Source: Oligoflexales bacterium
Lineage (GTDB): Bacteria; Bdellovibrionota_B; Oligoflexia; Oligoflexales; RGVZ01
DNA: 64,000 nucleotides
NCBI GenBank assembly: GCA_947479535.1
Contig: CANJZQ010000005.1
Coordinates: 32,401 to 96,400 of the forward strand
Direction: 5' to 3'
This document shows positions 51,172-60,121 of this stretch, one piece after another; the first letter of the stretch is position 1, and every line of letters begins with the position of its first letter. The position numbers and the translations under genes were made by a program. The notes beneath the pieces are model-generated. The model saw only the letters and a list, made by a program, of their open reading frames with translations. It was not told where the DNA came from and did not search any database.

Positions 51172-51594
51172 TTATGCTTGCGTCTGGACGTGACCTTTTT
51201 GCAGCTGAAGTTGCTGCCATAAATCCCTTTTGGCAGCGGGGTCTGCTTCCAATTTGGAGAGTTCTGCCCCTTTGACAACAATGGCAGAATTCATGCCAAC
51301 TCGTTTTGCCCATTGGCGGCTGGCTTCTTCCGATGGATCACCAAACGCCACCACCAAATCGCATGGGCCATCGACCGCAGACGACCCCAGGCTGGCATGG
51401 TCGTGAATTCGAACATCTTGGCGCTGATATCCGCATGCGGCCGCAATCCGTGTCATGAGTTCTATACAAGAATCAGAGAGTACGGCCTCGCCGTGGACCA
51501 TCATCAGACGGCGGGAGTGCGTCCTTGAAGGATAGCGCTGTCCCCGGTCGTCAAGCCATTCAAGGTATTTTAGGTGTCTCGGGTCGGAAGTCAT
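51172..51594 (-). CDS. Small hypothetical protein resembling a degenerate UDG family-4/DNA pol III psi fold
   Basis: LMTRIAAACG, VVAFG and LEADPAAKRDLWQQLQ segments; lacks the GEAPG and HP catalytic motifs. Confidence 0.5.
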   Translation of the reverse strand: MTSDPRHLKYLEWLDDRGQRYPSRTHSRRLMMVHGEAVLSDSCIELMTRIAAACGYQRQDVRIHDHASLGSSAVDGPCDLVVAFGDPSEEASRQWAKRVGMNSAIVVKGAELSKLEADPAAKRDLWQQLQLQKGHVQTQA

Positions 51595-51620
51595 GAGCCC
51601 GGGTATACCATCGAGGACGG

Positions 51621-53147
51621 TCAGGAGGCAACGCGGGTTGGTGCCTTGCCGGTGGCTGCGAGGCGGCGATTTTTTAGCGCGACCGATGCCTCTTTGAGTG
51701 GTTGCGCCACGACTTCCACACGGGCACCAAGCATCGAAGCGCGCATCAGGGCCAGGCTGGCCTTGCCATGCTCTTTCATTCCAGCCAAGGCGTTGGCCTG
51801 AATCAGAAGAGCCTGTTCGCTCCAGGGTTCAGCCGAGAAGGAGCGCAGCGCCATGACCTCAGCCTTTGGAGCATTATTGAGTTGAAGGTGCAGTTGCGCC
51901 ATCAGACGAAAAACATAGCTCATATTTTGGCTTTTTTTGATGGCTTCCAGTGCGGTCAGTGCTGCCTGGGGTCGTCCACTTTTCATTTCAGCAATCGCTG
52001 AGATCAGGTTGGCTTCGTCGGCCTCACCCGTCTTTGCCAGCTCGCCGGCGAGGGCGATGGCCTCTTCAAGTTTTTCCTGCATGAAATAAACCCGCGCAAG
52101 GATAACACTCGCATCGGTCTGTTCCGGGTGCCCGGCCTTTACATCGCGGAGTAGCAATTCAGCCCGGCGCAGGTCCTTGATCCGCTCGCAGGTCGACACG
52201 ATGGCCTCAAGGGCCTCGCGTGCATCGGGATAATAACGGCGCATTCGCTTGAAGTAATAAAGACCCTTGTCGGTGTTGCCCTTCTTGATCTGCGCATGAC
52301 CCATCGCAATCAAGGCGGTGCGCATTCTTTGGTCCATGAGAAGGGCCTTGCGGAAATGAAGGATGGCCTCTTCCGCCCGCCCTTGGTCGAGCAACAGTTG
52401 ACCAAGCTGCACCTGACGCTCGGGTTGCTTGCCGTTGACCTCGAGCTCGGCGGCCATCAGCGCCGCTGCCTCACCAGTTCTGCCCTGCATCAGGCGCAAT
52501 TCTGCCAGCAGTGCATTAGCCCGGTAGTAGGCCGGATGTTCTGCCAGGATGCTTTCCAGTCTCTTTTCGGCCGAATTGATCTGGCCAGTTTTACTCAATG
52601 CAAATGCATTAAGGAATCTGACGTGGAGGTTGTTTTCGTCAAGTCGATTGGCCTCGTCGAGTTCAAGCAAGGCAGCTGGATACTTCTGTTCAAGGAGGAG
52701 CTTCTCCGCCGTTCGAATCTTGTGCAACAAGAGTTCCGGGGCCGAAAAAGAGTTCAGAAGTTTAACGACCTTTTTTTCCAGTTCATCCGGCTTAAAAGGC
52801 TTGAGCAGGTAATCATTTGCACCAAGGTCAACCGCCTTGACGATGTCATTGCGCGACGCCTCCCCTGTAACGACCAGAATTGGAATGTCTGCCCCAAGAT
52901 TCCGGTGACGGACGCTGTCGAGAACAGCAAATCCATTTGTTTCACCCAGGGCGAGGTCGCAAATCAGAAGATCCGGGTGGACTGAATTGATGGCCTTGAT
53001 GGCATCACCGGCATTGGAGGTTTCAAGAATTTCCTTGAAATCCATTTTTTGAAGGACACGACGGATCGCTTTGCGGATCTGAACCTGATCATCGATAATC
53101 AAGATCGTGGTTTCGCGGGGGTCAAAGTCGTATTTTCCGTCAGCCAT
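51621..53147 (-). CDS. Response regulator (REC) with TPR output domain
   Basis: IIDD, LLICD, VTG and YLLKPF receiver motifs followed by TPRs. Confidence 0.88.
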   Translation of the reverse strand: MADGKYDFDPRETTILIIDDQVQIRKAIRRVLQKMDFKEILETSNAGDAIKAINSVHPDLLICDLALGETNGFAVLDSVRHRNLGADIPILVVTGEASRNDIVKAVDLGANDYLLKPFKPDELEKKVVKLLNSFSAPELLLHKIRTAEKLLLEQKYPAALLELDEANRLDENNLHVRFLNAFALSKTGQINSAEKRLESILAEHPAYYRANALLAELRLMQGRTGEAAALMAAELEVNGKQPERQVQLGQLLLDQGRAEEAILHFRKALLMDQRMRTALIAMGHAQIKKGNTDKGLYYFKRMRRYYPDAREALEAIVSTCERIKDLRRAELLLRDVKAGHPEQTDASVILARVYFMQEKLEEAIALAGELAKTGEADEANLISAIAEMKSGRPQAALTALEAIKKSQNMSYVFRLMAQLHLQLNNAPKAEVMALRSFSAEPWSEQALLIQANALAGMKEHGKASLALMRASMLGARVEVVAQPLKEASVALKNRRLAATGKAPTRVAS

Positions 53148-53175
53148 GGCTCCCCCCTTCCCTATTCCGGCACTG

Positions 53176-53880
53176 TTAGCCGTTGGCCACCTTGATAAGG
53201 GCGCGTGCGCCCTGGTCCGCCGGTGCGGCAGCTTGGGACTGCCGCCAAAGTTGTCTGGCCTCTTCGGGTTGACCAGCCTTGTGCTTTGCAATTCCCGCCC
53301 ATAACAGGGCCTGGGAATGTCCCGGTGTCACCTTGAGGATTTCGGCAAACTCCTGAAAGGCTTTATCTGTCTGACCACCCCGCAAATACAACCGCCCTAA
53401 ATCCAAGCGAACATCGGGCATTTTTGGGTAAATCGAAAGTGCCTTGCGGTACTCGTTTATGGCGTCCTGGGACATGGAGGACTGTTCATAAGAGCGCGCC
53501 GCTGTGACGTGGTGGTTGGCGATTCGACCCAACACCAGATCAGGAACCTTTTGTCCTGGCCTTACCTGAGCAAACGCCTGCTCAAAAATCGCCCGAGCCT
53601 CTTCGTATTGGCCGAGGTCACACAACAGGACAGACAAGTTTAACGCGGCTTCGGTAAAGGCACTGTTTACCTTCAGCGACTTTTTAAATTCACGGATGGC
53701 TTCAGGAAATCGAGACTGCTTGTGGTGGGTCACGCCGAGCAAATTATGAATGTTTGCCAACGAGCCCTGAGTCGCAAGTGTTGATTTGAGCAGCTTTTCC
53801 GCAGCATCGTAGCGACCCACGTTGAGGTACAGCGCGACCTTTTTATGAACTGCGGCTAGTTCTGCCCGAATTCCACTCAT
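53176..53880 (-). CDS. TPR-repeat protein
   Basis: HNLLGV, ALNLSV and VRLDLGRLYL TPR units. Confidence 0.85.
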   Translation of the reverse strand: MSGIRAELAAVHKKVALYLNVGRYDAAEKLLKSTLATQGSLANIHNLLGVTHHKQSRFPEAIREFKKSLKVNSAFTEAALNLSVLLCDLGQYEEARAIFEQAFAQVRPGQKVPDLVLGRIANHHVTAARSYEQSSMSQDAINEYRKALSIYPKMPDVRLDLGRLYLRGGQTDKAFQEFAEILKVTPGHSQALLWAGIAKHKAGQPEEARQLWRQSQAAAPADQGARALIKVANG

Positions 53881-53899
53881 GAATACCTGGCCTTCCCGA

Positions 53900-55492
53900 T
53901 CAAGCGACTGAGGTTGCCTCAAAACGTCTTGTTACCAGAACTTTGATCTGGCCCGGGAAGGCAACATCGGTCTCGATACGTTTGGCGATTTCAGTCGAAA
54001 GGCTCTGCAAGTCAGAGTCTTTGACCCGCTTGTGACTCACTTCGACATGAACTTCCCTGCCACCATTCATGATCGCCGATTTGGTGACGCCGGGGAAGCT
54101 TCGGATGACTTCATCGATCGCATTGAGTCGGATTTGGTAGCCTTCTTCCAGGTTGACACGAGCACCCGGCCGCGCTCCGGAAAGGGTGTCAGCCGTTTTC
54201 AACACAAAAGCCATCGGTGTTTCGATGATCAGGTCGTTGTGATGGGACATCACAGTGTCGCAGATCATCCGGCGCTCACCGAAACGATCCGCATAATCGC
54301 CGCTGATAACGGCATGGCTGCCCTCAATTCGATAGTCGAGCGCCTTGCCGATGTCGTGCAAAATTCCGCAACGTTTCGCATCAGACGGATCCACGCCCAA
54401 TTCGGCAGCCACAACGCCGGCCAGGACAGCCACTTCAAATGAGTGAAGGTACTGGTTTTGCCGGTAACTCGTTCGCCAGTTCAAGTAGCCAATCAGTTTT
54501 TGTATTTCAGGGTGGATGCTATCGAGGCGCAAGGCAACAACGGCCTGACGACCAAGCTTAATGGCTTGCTGTTCGATGATTTCGCGCTGGCGTAAATAGG
54601 CTTCCCGACTTTTGCCCCACGACCCGCGACCCTTGGAAAGAAGTTCCTGCAGTGCAAGCCGGGCTGACTCGCGGTCCACTCCTGCGCCACCCGAGAGTCG
54701 CAGCACGGGCATGAAGTCAGGATTTTCCGGGCGCGACAATTCGATGTCGATGGCGGCAAGTTGCTTCATGTCCAACATTAATTGCGGATCGGCATCAATT
54801 TCATCGGCAAGGCGTGGGCTTTCAATCTCGACATGATTCAACGTTTTCGGCCAAGGAAATTCCGGCGCATAGCGCGACATGGCGCGACCGATGATCCTCT
54901 GTCCAGATCGCCGCGCAGAGGACGACAGGTCATCGCTGACAATCCGCAGAACCTTCTGGCACTCAAGTTGGCGCCCCTCGATGATCGAACGCTTGATCGC
55001 ATTCTTGAGCTCGTTTGAATCGGTCCGTGACATATCCTCAAGCAGCTTTTTGAGAGAGGTATTTGTCTTTTCCAGTTGGCCCTCAAGATTGAGATGGATT
55101 TCGCGCAGGGTCCCGACCTTTTTGTTCGCTACTTCGAGGTTTCTCTCAAGTTTTTCGAATTGCCCATCATCAGCGTCAAAAGACTTCTCGCGGGATTCGA
55201 AATCAGCTTCGGCATTTTTCAAGTCCTCGATTCGTTCCGTGATGGATTCATCGAGGTCTTCGCGGAGGATTTGAATGTTCGCCTCAGCACGCTTCAGAAG
55301 GTCCTCACAGACGGTTTCAGCTTGGATGCGTGCGTCTTTGAGGACTTCTGCTTTCTGGTTGCGGTTGCCAGAAGCAAGTCTGCCAGGCAGTAAAAAAAGT
55401 CCAATGCGGAAGATGATATAGCCAAGCAGTGCGCTAACTGCGAGTGTGAGCAACGTTTGATTTAGATCGGTTGGAATAAAAGCTGGGTTCAT
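53900..55492 (-). CDS. rny: Ribonuclease Y-like HD phosphodiesterase with degenerate KH domain
   Basis: N-terminal TM and coiled coil; RTSYxQN, HSFEV, LHDIGKA, ADTLSGARPGAR, GRE and FPGQIKV motifs. Confidence 0.85.
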   Translation of the reverse strand: MNPAFIPTDLNQTLLTLAVSALLGYIIFRIGLFLLPGRLASGNRNQKAEVLKDARIQAETVCEDLLKRAEANIQILREDLDESITERIEDLKNAEADFESREKSFDADDGQFEKLERNLEVANKKVGTLREIHLNLEGQLEKTNTSLKKLLEDMSRTDSNELKNAIKRSIIEGRQLECQKVLRIVSDDLSSSARRSGQRIIGRAMSRYAPEFPWPKTLNHVEIESPRLADEIDADPQLMLDMKQLAAIDIELSRPENPDFMPVLRLSGGAGVDRESARLALQELLSKGRGSWGKSREAYLRQREIIEQQAIKLGRQAVVALRLDSIHPEIQKLIGYLNWRTSYRQNQYLHSFEVAVLAGVVAAELGVDPSDAKRCGILHDIGKALDYRIEGSHAVISGDYADRFGERRMICDTVMSHHNDLIIETPMAFVLKTADTLSGARPGARVNLEEGYQIRLNAIDEVIRSFPGVTKSAIMNGGREVHVEVSHKRVKDSDLQSLSTEIAKRIETDVAFPGQIKVLVTRRFEATSVA

Positions 55493-55638
55493 CGTGTTGT
55501 CCTTGATTCCTGACTTCAGGCCACAGGGGGGTGCAAATGCACCTCTTATATAATTCGTAACCCGGAACGGGCTTCTTTACCATTAAATGAACAAACCGTA
55601 TTTTTTGGAGCTGGCACCAAGTAGGATGGGAGATAAAG

Positions 55639-56430
55639 TTGCAAACAACCGTATTCATTGAAGAAACTCTTGATCTGTGCGCGCTCGAACTGATCTCCCG
55701 ATTCCGTTCAGGGCTGGAGATCCGTTCCAAGGCCGATGCCAGCTTGGTGACCGAGGCAGATCTGGCGAGTGAAAAGGTGGCGCTCGGGCGGATCAAGCAG
55801 GCATTCCCTGACGACATCATTCTGTCAGAGGAGTCCCACACAAGCGTCGCTCGGCGTCCTGAGGGGGTCCATGTCTGGATTGTGGATCCTTTGGACGGAA
55901 CCACCAACTTTGCCAACGGCTATCCCTATTTTTGCGTTTCCATAGCGCGTGGTGTCTTTCGTGCCGATGGCTCGATCCACGTGATTGCGGGGGGGATCAT
56001 CGACCCGGTCCGCAACAAAAAATATACGGCAGAGTTTGGTTGTGGTGCGTTTGCCAACGGTGTTCGCCTCCACGTCAGGCCAGACAGGGCTTTGGCAAAA
56101 ACGTTTTTGGTGACCGGATTTTATTTTACGGCGCCGGAGAAACTCTTGCCAGAAGTGGAACGTTTTACCCGTTTGGCCCGGGTTTGCCCGGCGATCAGGC
56201 GGGACGGGGCCGCAGCACTGGACTTGGCTTTGGTGGCGGAAGGAATATTTGATGCATTCTGGGAAAATGGCCTTCAGGTTTGGGATGTTGCAGCAGGTTC
56301 CCTGCTCGTAAGCGAGGCCAATGGCTCGGTCCAAAATTATTCTGGGAGTCCCGAATCCTATAACCTCGAGGCAACTGGTATTGTGGCTGGAAACCCGGCA
56401 ACTGTTGCCGCCATTGCAGCGCTTCTGTGA
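55639..56430 (+). CDS. suhB: Inositol monophosphatase family (SuhB-like)
   Basis: LVTEAD, WIVDPLDGTTNF, GAAALDL and WDVAAG motifs. Confidence 0.88.
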   Translation: MQTTVFIEETLDLCALELISRFRSGLEIRSKADASLVTEADLASEKVALGRIKQAFPDDIILSEESHTSVARRPEGVHVWIVDPLDGTTNFANGYPYFCVSIARGVFRADGSIHVIAGGIIDPVRNKKYTAEFGCGAFANGVRLHVRPDRALAKTFLVTGFYFTAPEKLLPEVERFTRLARVCPAIRRDGAAALDLALVAEGIFDAFWENGLQVWDVAAGSLLVSEANGSVQNYSGSPESYNLEATGIVAGNPATVAAIAALL

Positions 56431-56482
56431 GCCATGAAATAATTGCGGAGTCGCCACTCAAGGCAACCGGAGACAGATTGAA

Positions 56483-57289
56483 ATGAAAAAATACGCCCCT
56501 TCCGCAATTGCCGCCTTCATTTTGATTGCGACCATTGCTGCGCCGATGCCGGCAGAGGCGAAACCTTGGTTAGCCAGCGCAGACGGTGTGGAGGTCGATT
56601 GGGCCAGTTTAACGGCACGTTTTGAAGGCATTGCAACTTCAGGACTTGCCGACCGCGAGGGGCTCAAGGGTCTTGAGCGTACGGCTTGGCGCAATGGATA
56701 CGAGAAGGCCGGACCAGCTCTGGACCGTATTCTGCACGATCAGTTTGTGGCCCTCGGAATGCAAGACCATTGGCAGAAAAGTAGCGATGAAACGTTGGCC
56801 AAAGCCCGCGACCAGGTCAAAAAATCAGTTAAGTCGTTAAGCGCGACATTTTTTGCTTCGGGTGCAATTGAAGTCTCGATGGAAGCCGCCCTTCAAGCGG
56901 GTTTTGCCAACGCCCTTCGCAGGGCCGGTGCCGGCAGCCGAAACCCCGAGCAAACATCGAGGGATTCCGGTGGCGGTCTCATTTTGAGGCTCCCCGCCAA
57001 TGCGGGGCCATCGGTGGCATTTTGGATCGTCGACCCGTCTGGGAAAGTGCTGTTTGACCCGGGACGCGTGTCTGGGGCGGTCTTGGCCCAAGGGTCGATG
57101 GGGCGATGGTTCCGTGGCAGCAATGACGATGAACTATCTAGAATTGCAGGAAAAAAATCAGAAACCTTGATGGTCTCAGAAGTGCGAAACGGGAACCGTC
57201 TTGTTGTTGATCCCAGCCGATTCGGACGGCTTCGCGAGGAAACCCTGCGGGCCCTTTCCGATGGCAAGGTGGCTTTGGTCGGGCCATGA
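56483..57289 (+). CDS. Hypothetical exported protein
   Basis: Signal peptide ending AEA-K; no family assigned. Confidence 0.6.
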   Translation: MKKYAPSAIAAFILIATIAAPMPAEAKPWLASADGVEVDWASLTARFEGIATSGLADREGLKGLERTAWRNGYEKAGPALDRILHDQFVALGMQDHWQKSSDETLAKARDQVKKSVKSLSATFFASGAIEVSMEAALQAGFANALRRAGAGSRNPEQTSRDSGGGLILRLPANAGPSVAFWIVDPSGKVLFDPGRVSGAVLAQGSMGRWFRGSNDDELSRIAGKKSETLMVSEVRNGNRLVVDPSRFGRLREETLRALSDGKVALVGP

Positions 57290-57386
57290 TCTTCTGAAAA
57301 ATAGATCGCTTTTTCATTTGCACACGGCCTGAACGCGTGTTAAATCCCTCCGTCCTTCAGAAAAGAAGTGGTAGGGGTTTTTTTTT

Positions 57387-57584
57387 ATGCCCAAAATGAA
57401 AACGAAAAAATCAGCTGCGAAGCGTTTCAAAGTTCTTTCGTCGGGAAAGATCAAGCGCAGCAAGTGCAACAAGCGTCACATCCTGACCAAAAAGGATCGT
57501 GCTCGCAAAAACAAACTTAAGAAGTCCGGGTTCGTTCATCCGTCTGATGTCGGTTTGGTGACTCGTTGTTTGCCAAACGGCTAA
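57387..57584 (+). CDS. rpmI: 50S ribosomal protein L35
   Basis: MPKMKTKKSAAKRFK...HILTKK. Confidence 0.97.
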   Translation: MPKMKTKKSAAKRFKVLSSGKIKRSKCNKRHILTKKDRARKNKLKKSGFVHPSDVGLVTRCLPNG

Positions 57585-57615
57585 AGATTTAGTGATTTAA
57601 AGCAGGTGTTTTGTC

Positions 57616-57984
57616 ATGGCTCGTGCAAAAAGAGGTTTTAAAGCCCGCCGTCGTCGCAAGAAGTTGCTTGCTCTGGCAACCGGCTTTCGTGGAACGCGGA
57701 AGAATTGCTACGGCACCGCAGTTCATGTGGTGCGTCGCGCACTCAAGTTCAGCTACAGGGATCGTCGCGTTAAGAAGCGTGAATTCCGTAGCCTTTGGAT
57801 CATCCGGATCAATGCCGCAGCCCGCGCTGCTGGAATGAAGTACTCGGAACTGATGCACGGCCTTCGTTTGAAGGGTATCGAGCTTGATCGCAGCGTGCTT
57901 GCGGATATGGCACTCCTTGATGAGCCAGCGTTTGCTGCCCTCGTTAAGGAAGCAAAGTCGGCTCTGCCGGCTGCCGCCCACTAG
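57616..57984 (+). CDS. rplT: 50S ribosomal protein L20
   Basis: [22 protein letters not shown] and [10 protein letters not shown] motifs. Confidence 0.97.
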   Translation: MARAKRGFKARRRRKKLLALATGFRGTRKNCYGTAVHVVRRALKFSYRDRRVKKREFRSLWIIRINAAARAAGMKYSELMHGLRLKGIELDRSVLADMALLDEPAFAALVKEAKSALPAAAH

Positions 57985-58001
57985 AAGTTTTCGATTTGTC
58001 T

Positions 58002-58040
58002 AGAAGGCCCGCTCCTTATGATGAAGGTGCGGGCTTTTTC
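58002..58040 (+). terminator. Hairpin/terminator between rplT and tRNA-Leu
   Basis: AAGGCCCGC-TCCTT...AAGGT-GCGGGCTTTTT. Confidence 0.6.
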
Positions 58041-58044
58041 GCAT

Positions 58045-58127
58045 GGGGACGTGGTGGAATGGTAGACACGCTGGTCTTAGAAGCCAGTGCCTTTGGCGTG
58101 AGAGTTCAAGTCTCTCCGTCCCCACCA
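58045..58127 (+). tRNA. tRNA-Leu(TAG)
   Basis: Anticodon arm CTGGT-CTTAGAA-GCCAG, variable arm, TTCAAGT T-loop and encoded CCA. Confidence 0.96.
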
Positions 58128-58873
58128 CTTTCAACCCGGGTTCGCACAGAAATCCGGACTTGGCACGCGCCTACCGTAATCACATCCTGACTCGTGACGG
58201 GCTGAAGGCTACTGATTTTTTTTCCGTTGATGAACGATCCGTTCATAGAGCCCTGGTCTTCAATAAATATATCGCCGGTATCATTCACTTTCACCAGCAG
58301 GTGTTTGCGGGAAATCTCCGGGTCTGCTTCGAAGCGGCCAAAGTGAGATGCCCTGCCAATAAAAAAATGCTTCTGCCGAAGGGGGATTTCTTCGCTGCGC
58401 CCATCACCATATTTGACCAAAAGAACGACATAATGGCTTTGCGTCTGCCGAAGTTCGGATTCAATCAGGCTATCCACCAGGCTAGACTTGGACTCATCCA
58501 AATTGTTCGCCGTCGTTTTATACTGTGTTGAGATGTGTCTGGTGCGCCTCTCGTCTTCCAACGCAAATTTCATGATCGTTTTGCCAATCCTGATCTGGTC
58601 GCCACTCTGGAGTTTGGACTTCACAATCCGGTTTTCGTTCACGAACGTACCGTTGGTGCTGTTCATGTCGAATATATGATACGTGCCACCGATATTTTGA
58701 ATCTGGCAGTGGGTTGATGAAACTTCAGTGTCGTTGATGATGACGTCGCCTTTTTCGCGGCCAAAGATGGTCGCGTCCCTGCGAATTTTTATAGGTTCGG
58801 GAGACAAGCCATCTCGCGTCACATACAGGACCGCGCGGCTGTCATTGCCCGTTTTTATCTTTTCGCTGCTCAT
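58106..58873 (-). CDS. Tandem FHA-domain protein
   Basis: Two FHA signatures: FGR...VSSTH...STNGTFVN and IGR...ISRKH...SMNGSFIN. Confidence 0.9.
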   Translation of the reverse strand: MSSEKIKTGNDSRAVLYVTRDGLSPEPIKIRRDATIFGREKGDVIINDTEVSSTHCQIQNIGGTYHIFDMNSTNGTFVNENRIVKSKLQSGDQIRIGKTIMKFALEDERRTRHISTQYKTTANNLDESKSSLVDSLIESELRQTQSHYVVLLVKYGDGRSEEIPLRQKHFFIGRASHFGRFEADPEISRKHLLVKVNDTGDIFIEDQGSMNGSFINGKKISSLQPVTSQDVITVGACQVRISVRTRVESGGDGET

Positions 58874-59022
58874 GTTCCATCATTCCTGAAGTTAGGCTTG
58901 GATTTTTTCGGCATGATCCAGTTATTATTTGAGGTGCCGCGGTCTGGAAAAACCATCACCGTGCCCTGTTTTTCCGGTTCTTTCAGTGCCTTGTGGGCAG
59001 GATAAGTAGAGGGGGTCTCAAG

Positions 59023-59304
59023 ATGAGCGAAGTAAAATCAGGCCTTTCCAGCAAGGAAGTCGAGTTCGCAGAACTGGTTCTAGGGTTTTCCTCGGCGGCG
59101 CTTCATTATCTGGGCCAAGGGCCGGGTGGCGACGTAAAATCAAAATCAAAGGAAACCAACATGGCTCTTGCGGGTCAAAATATCGACATCATCCGCATGC
59201 TGAAGGCAAAAACCACAGGAAATCTTTCTACTGAAGAAAGTAAATTGATTGATGCAGTGCTGACAGACCTGATGATGAAGTTTCACCAGCTCAAGGGCGA
59301 ATGA
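59023..59304 (+). CDS. DUF1844-like protein
   Basis: SAALHYLG...LAGQNIDIIRMLKAKTTGNLSTEE. Confidence 0.75.
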   Translation: MSEVKSGLSSKEVEFAELVLGFSSAALHYLGQGPGGDVKSKSKETNMALAGQNIDIIRMLKAKTTGNLSTEESKLIDAVLTDLMMKFHQLKGE

Positions 59305-60105
59305 CTAATTGGTCTTAGAATCCCGTTGGATGGTCAATTTTGTTGCTGTTGGCAGTGTCGTTGAGCCTTTGGCTAAGGCCAGGATCTTAAAGATTGCATA
59401 GGGTCCTTTTGATGACTGGAGTTCCAGCAGGCTCACTCCAGAACGTTTTTTGTCGAGAAGTGCCAATTGGGATTCTGAGCCCCGGATGGCAAGTGCCTGA
59501 ATTCTCTCCTTCCCAAAAACCGACGATGGTCCCCCAACAATCACATAAGACCCTTTGCGCCCAAGAATGATGCCGTCGTAACCAAAGGATTGATAAATCC
59601 ACGTGAGGATTGATTCAGCCGTCTTGTCGCCACTGTATGGTTTTACAACGCCGACCTTGCGAAGCTCCCGACCATCATTTGTATAGATCGAAGCCGATTC
59701 TCCCCGAATTCCGGCAATGATGACATTCGCGTTCGATCTTGATGGGGTGGGTACCTTCTGTGCTTTTGACTTCCCACCCTTTGGCTCTCGATTGAGCTTT
59801 AAAGAGAGCTCCGCGCTGGGCCCATCAATGAGAAAAAATGGCGAAATTTTACCGATTTCAGAACCATCGGTTATTAAGTTTACCTCGTTCTTGTCATCGA
59901 TGGATGACTCTAGCAGCAGCAACCGCTGCGGCACCGCCTGAGGAGGGAGGGGCGCATTCCTAACTTCGATGATCCAAGAATCGATGTCTGGCGCAGGTTC
60001 TAAGGTTCTTGCGCTTAGGGTAGACGAGATCAATCCTGACAACACCAGGACGCAGAATTTTACTGCGTGGATCGTAGCGGATATGAACCTTTTTTTAGCC
60101 TTCAT
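59305..60105 (-). CDS. Hypothetical exported protein
   Basis: Signal peptide; last gene of the FecR-like operon. Start uncertain. Confidence 0.6.
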   Translation of the reverse strand: MKAKKRFISATIHAVKFCVLVLSGLISSTLSARTLEPAPDIDSWIIEVRNAPLPPQAVPQRLLLLESSIDDKNEVNLITDGSEIGKISPFFLIDGPSAELSLKLNREPKGGKSKAQKVPTPSRSNANVIIAGIRGESASIYTNDGRELRKVGVVKPYSGDKTAESILTWIYQSFGYDGIILGRKGSYVIVGGPSSVFGKERIQALAIRGSESQLALLDKKRSGVSLLELQSSKGPYAIFKILALAKGSTTLPTATKLTIQRDSKTN

Positions 60106-60121
60106 CTGAGCCGTTCCTCGC

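Noticed and set aside
55493-55638. 6S RNA or other ncRNA upstream of rny
   Set aside because: The region is short and I could not identify the long 6S-type hairpin.
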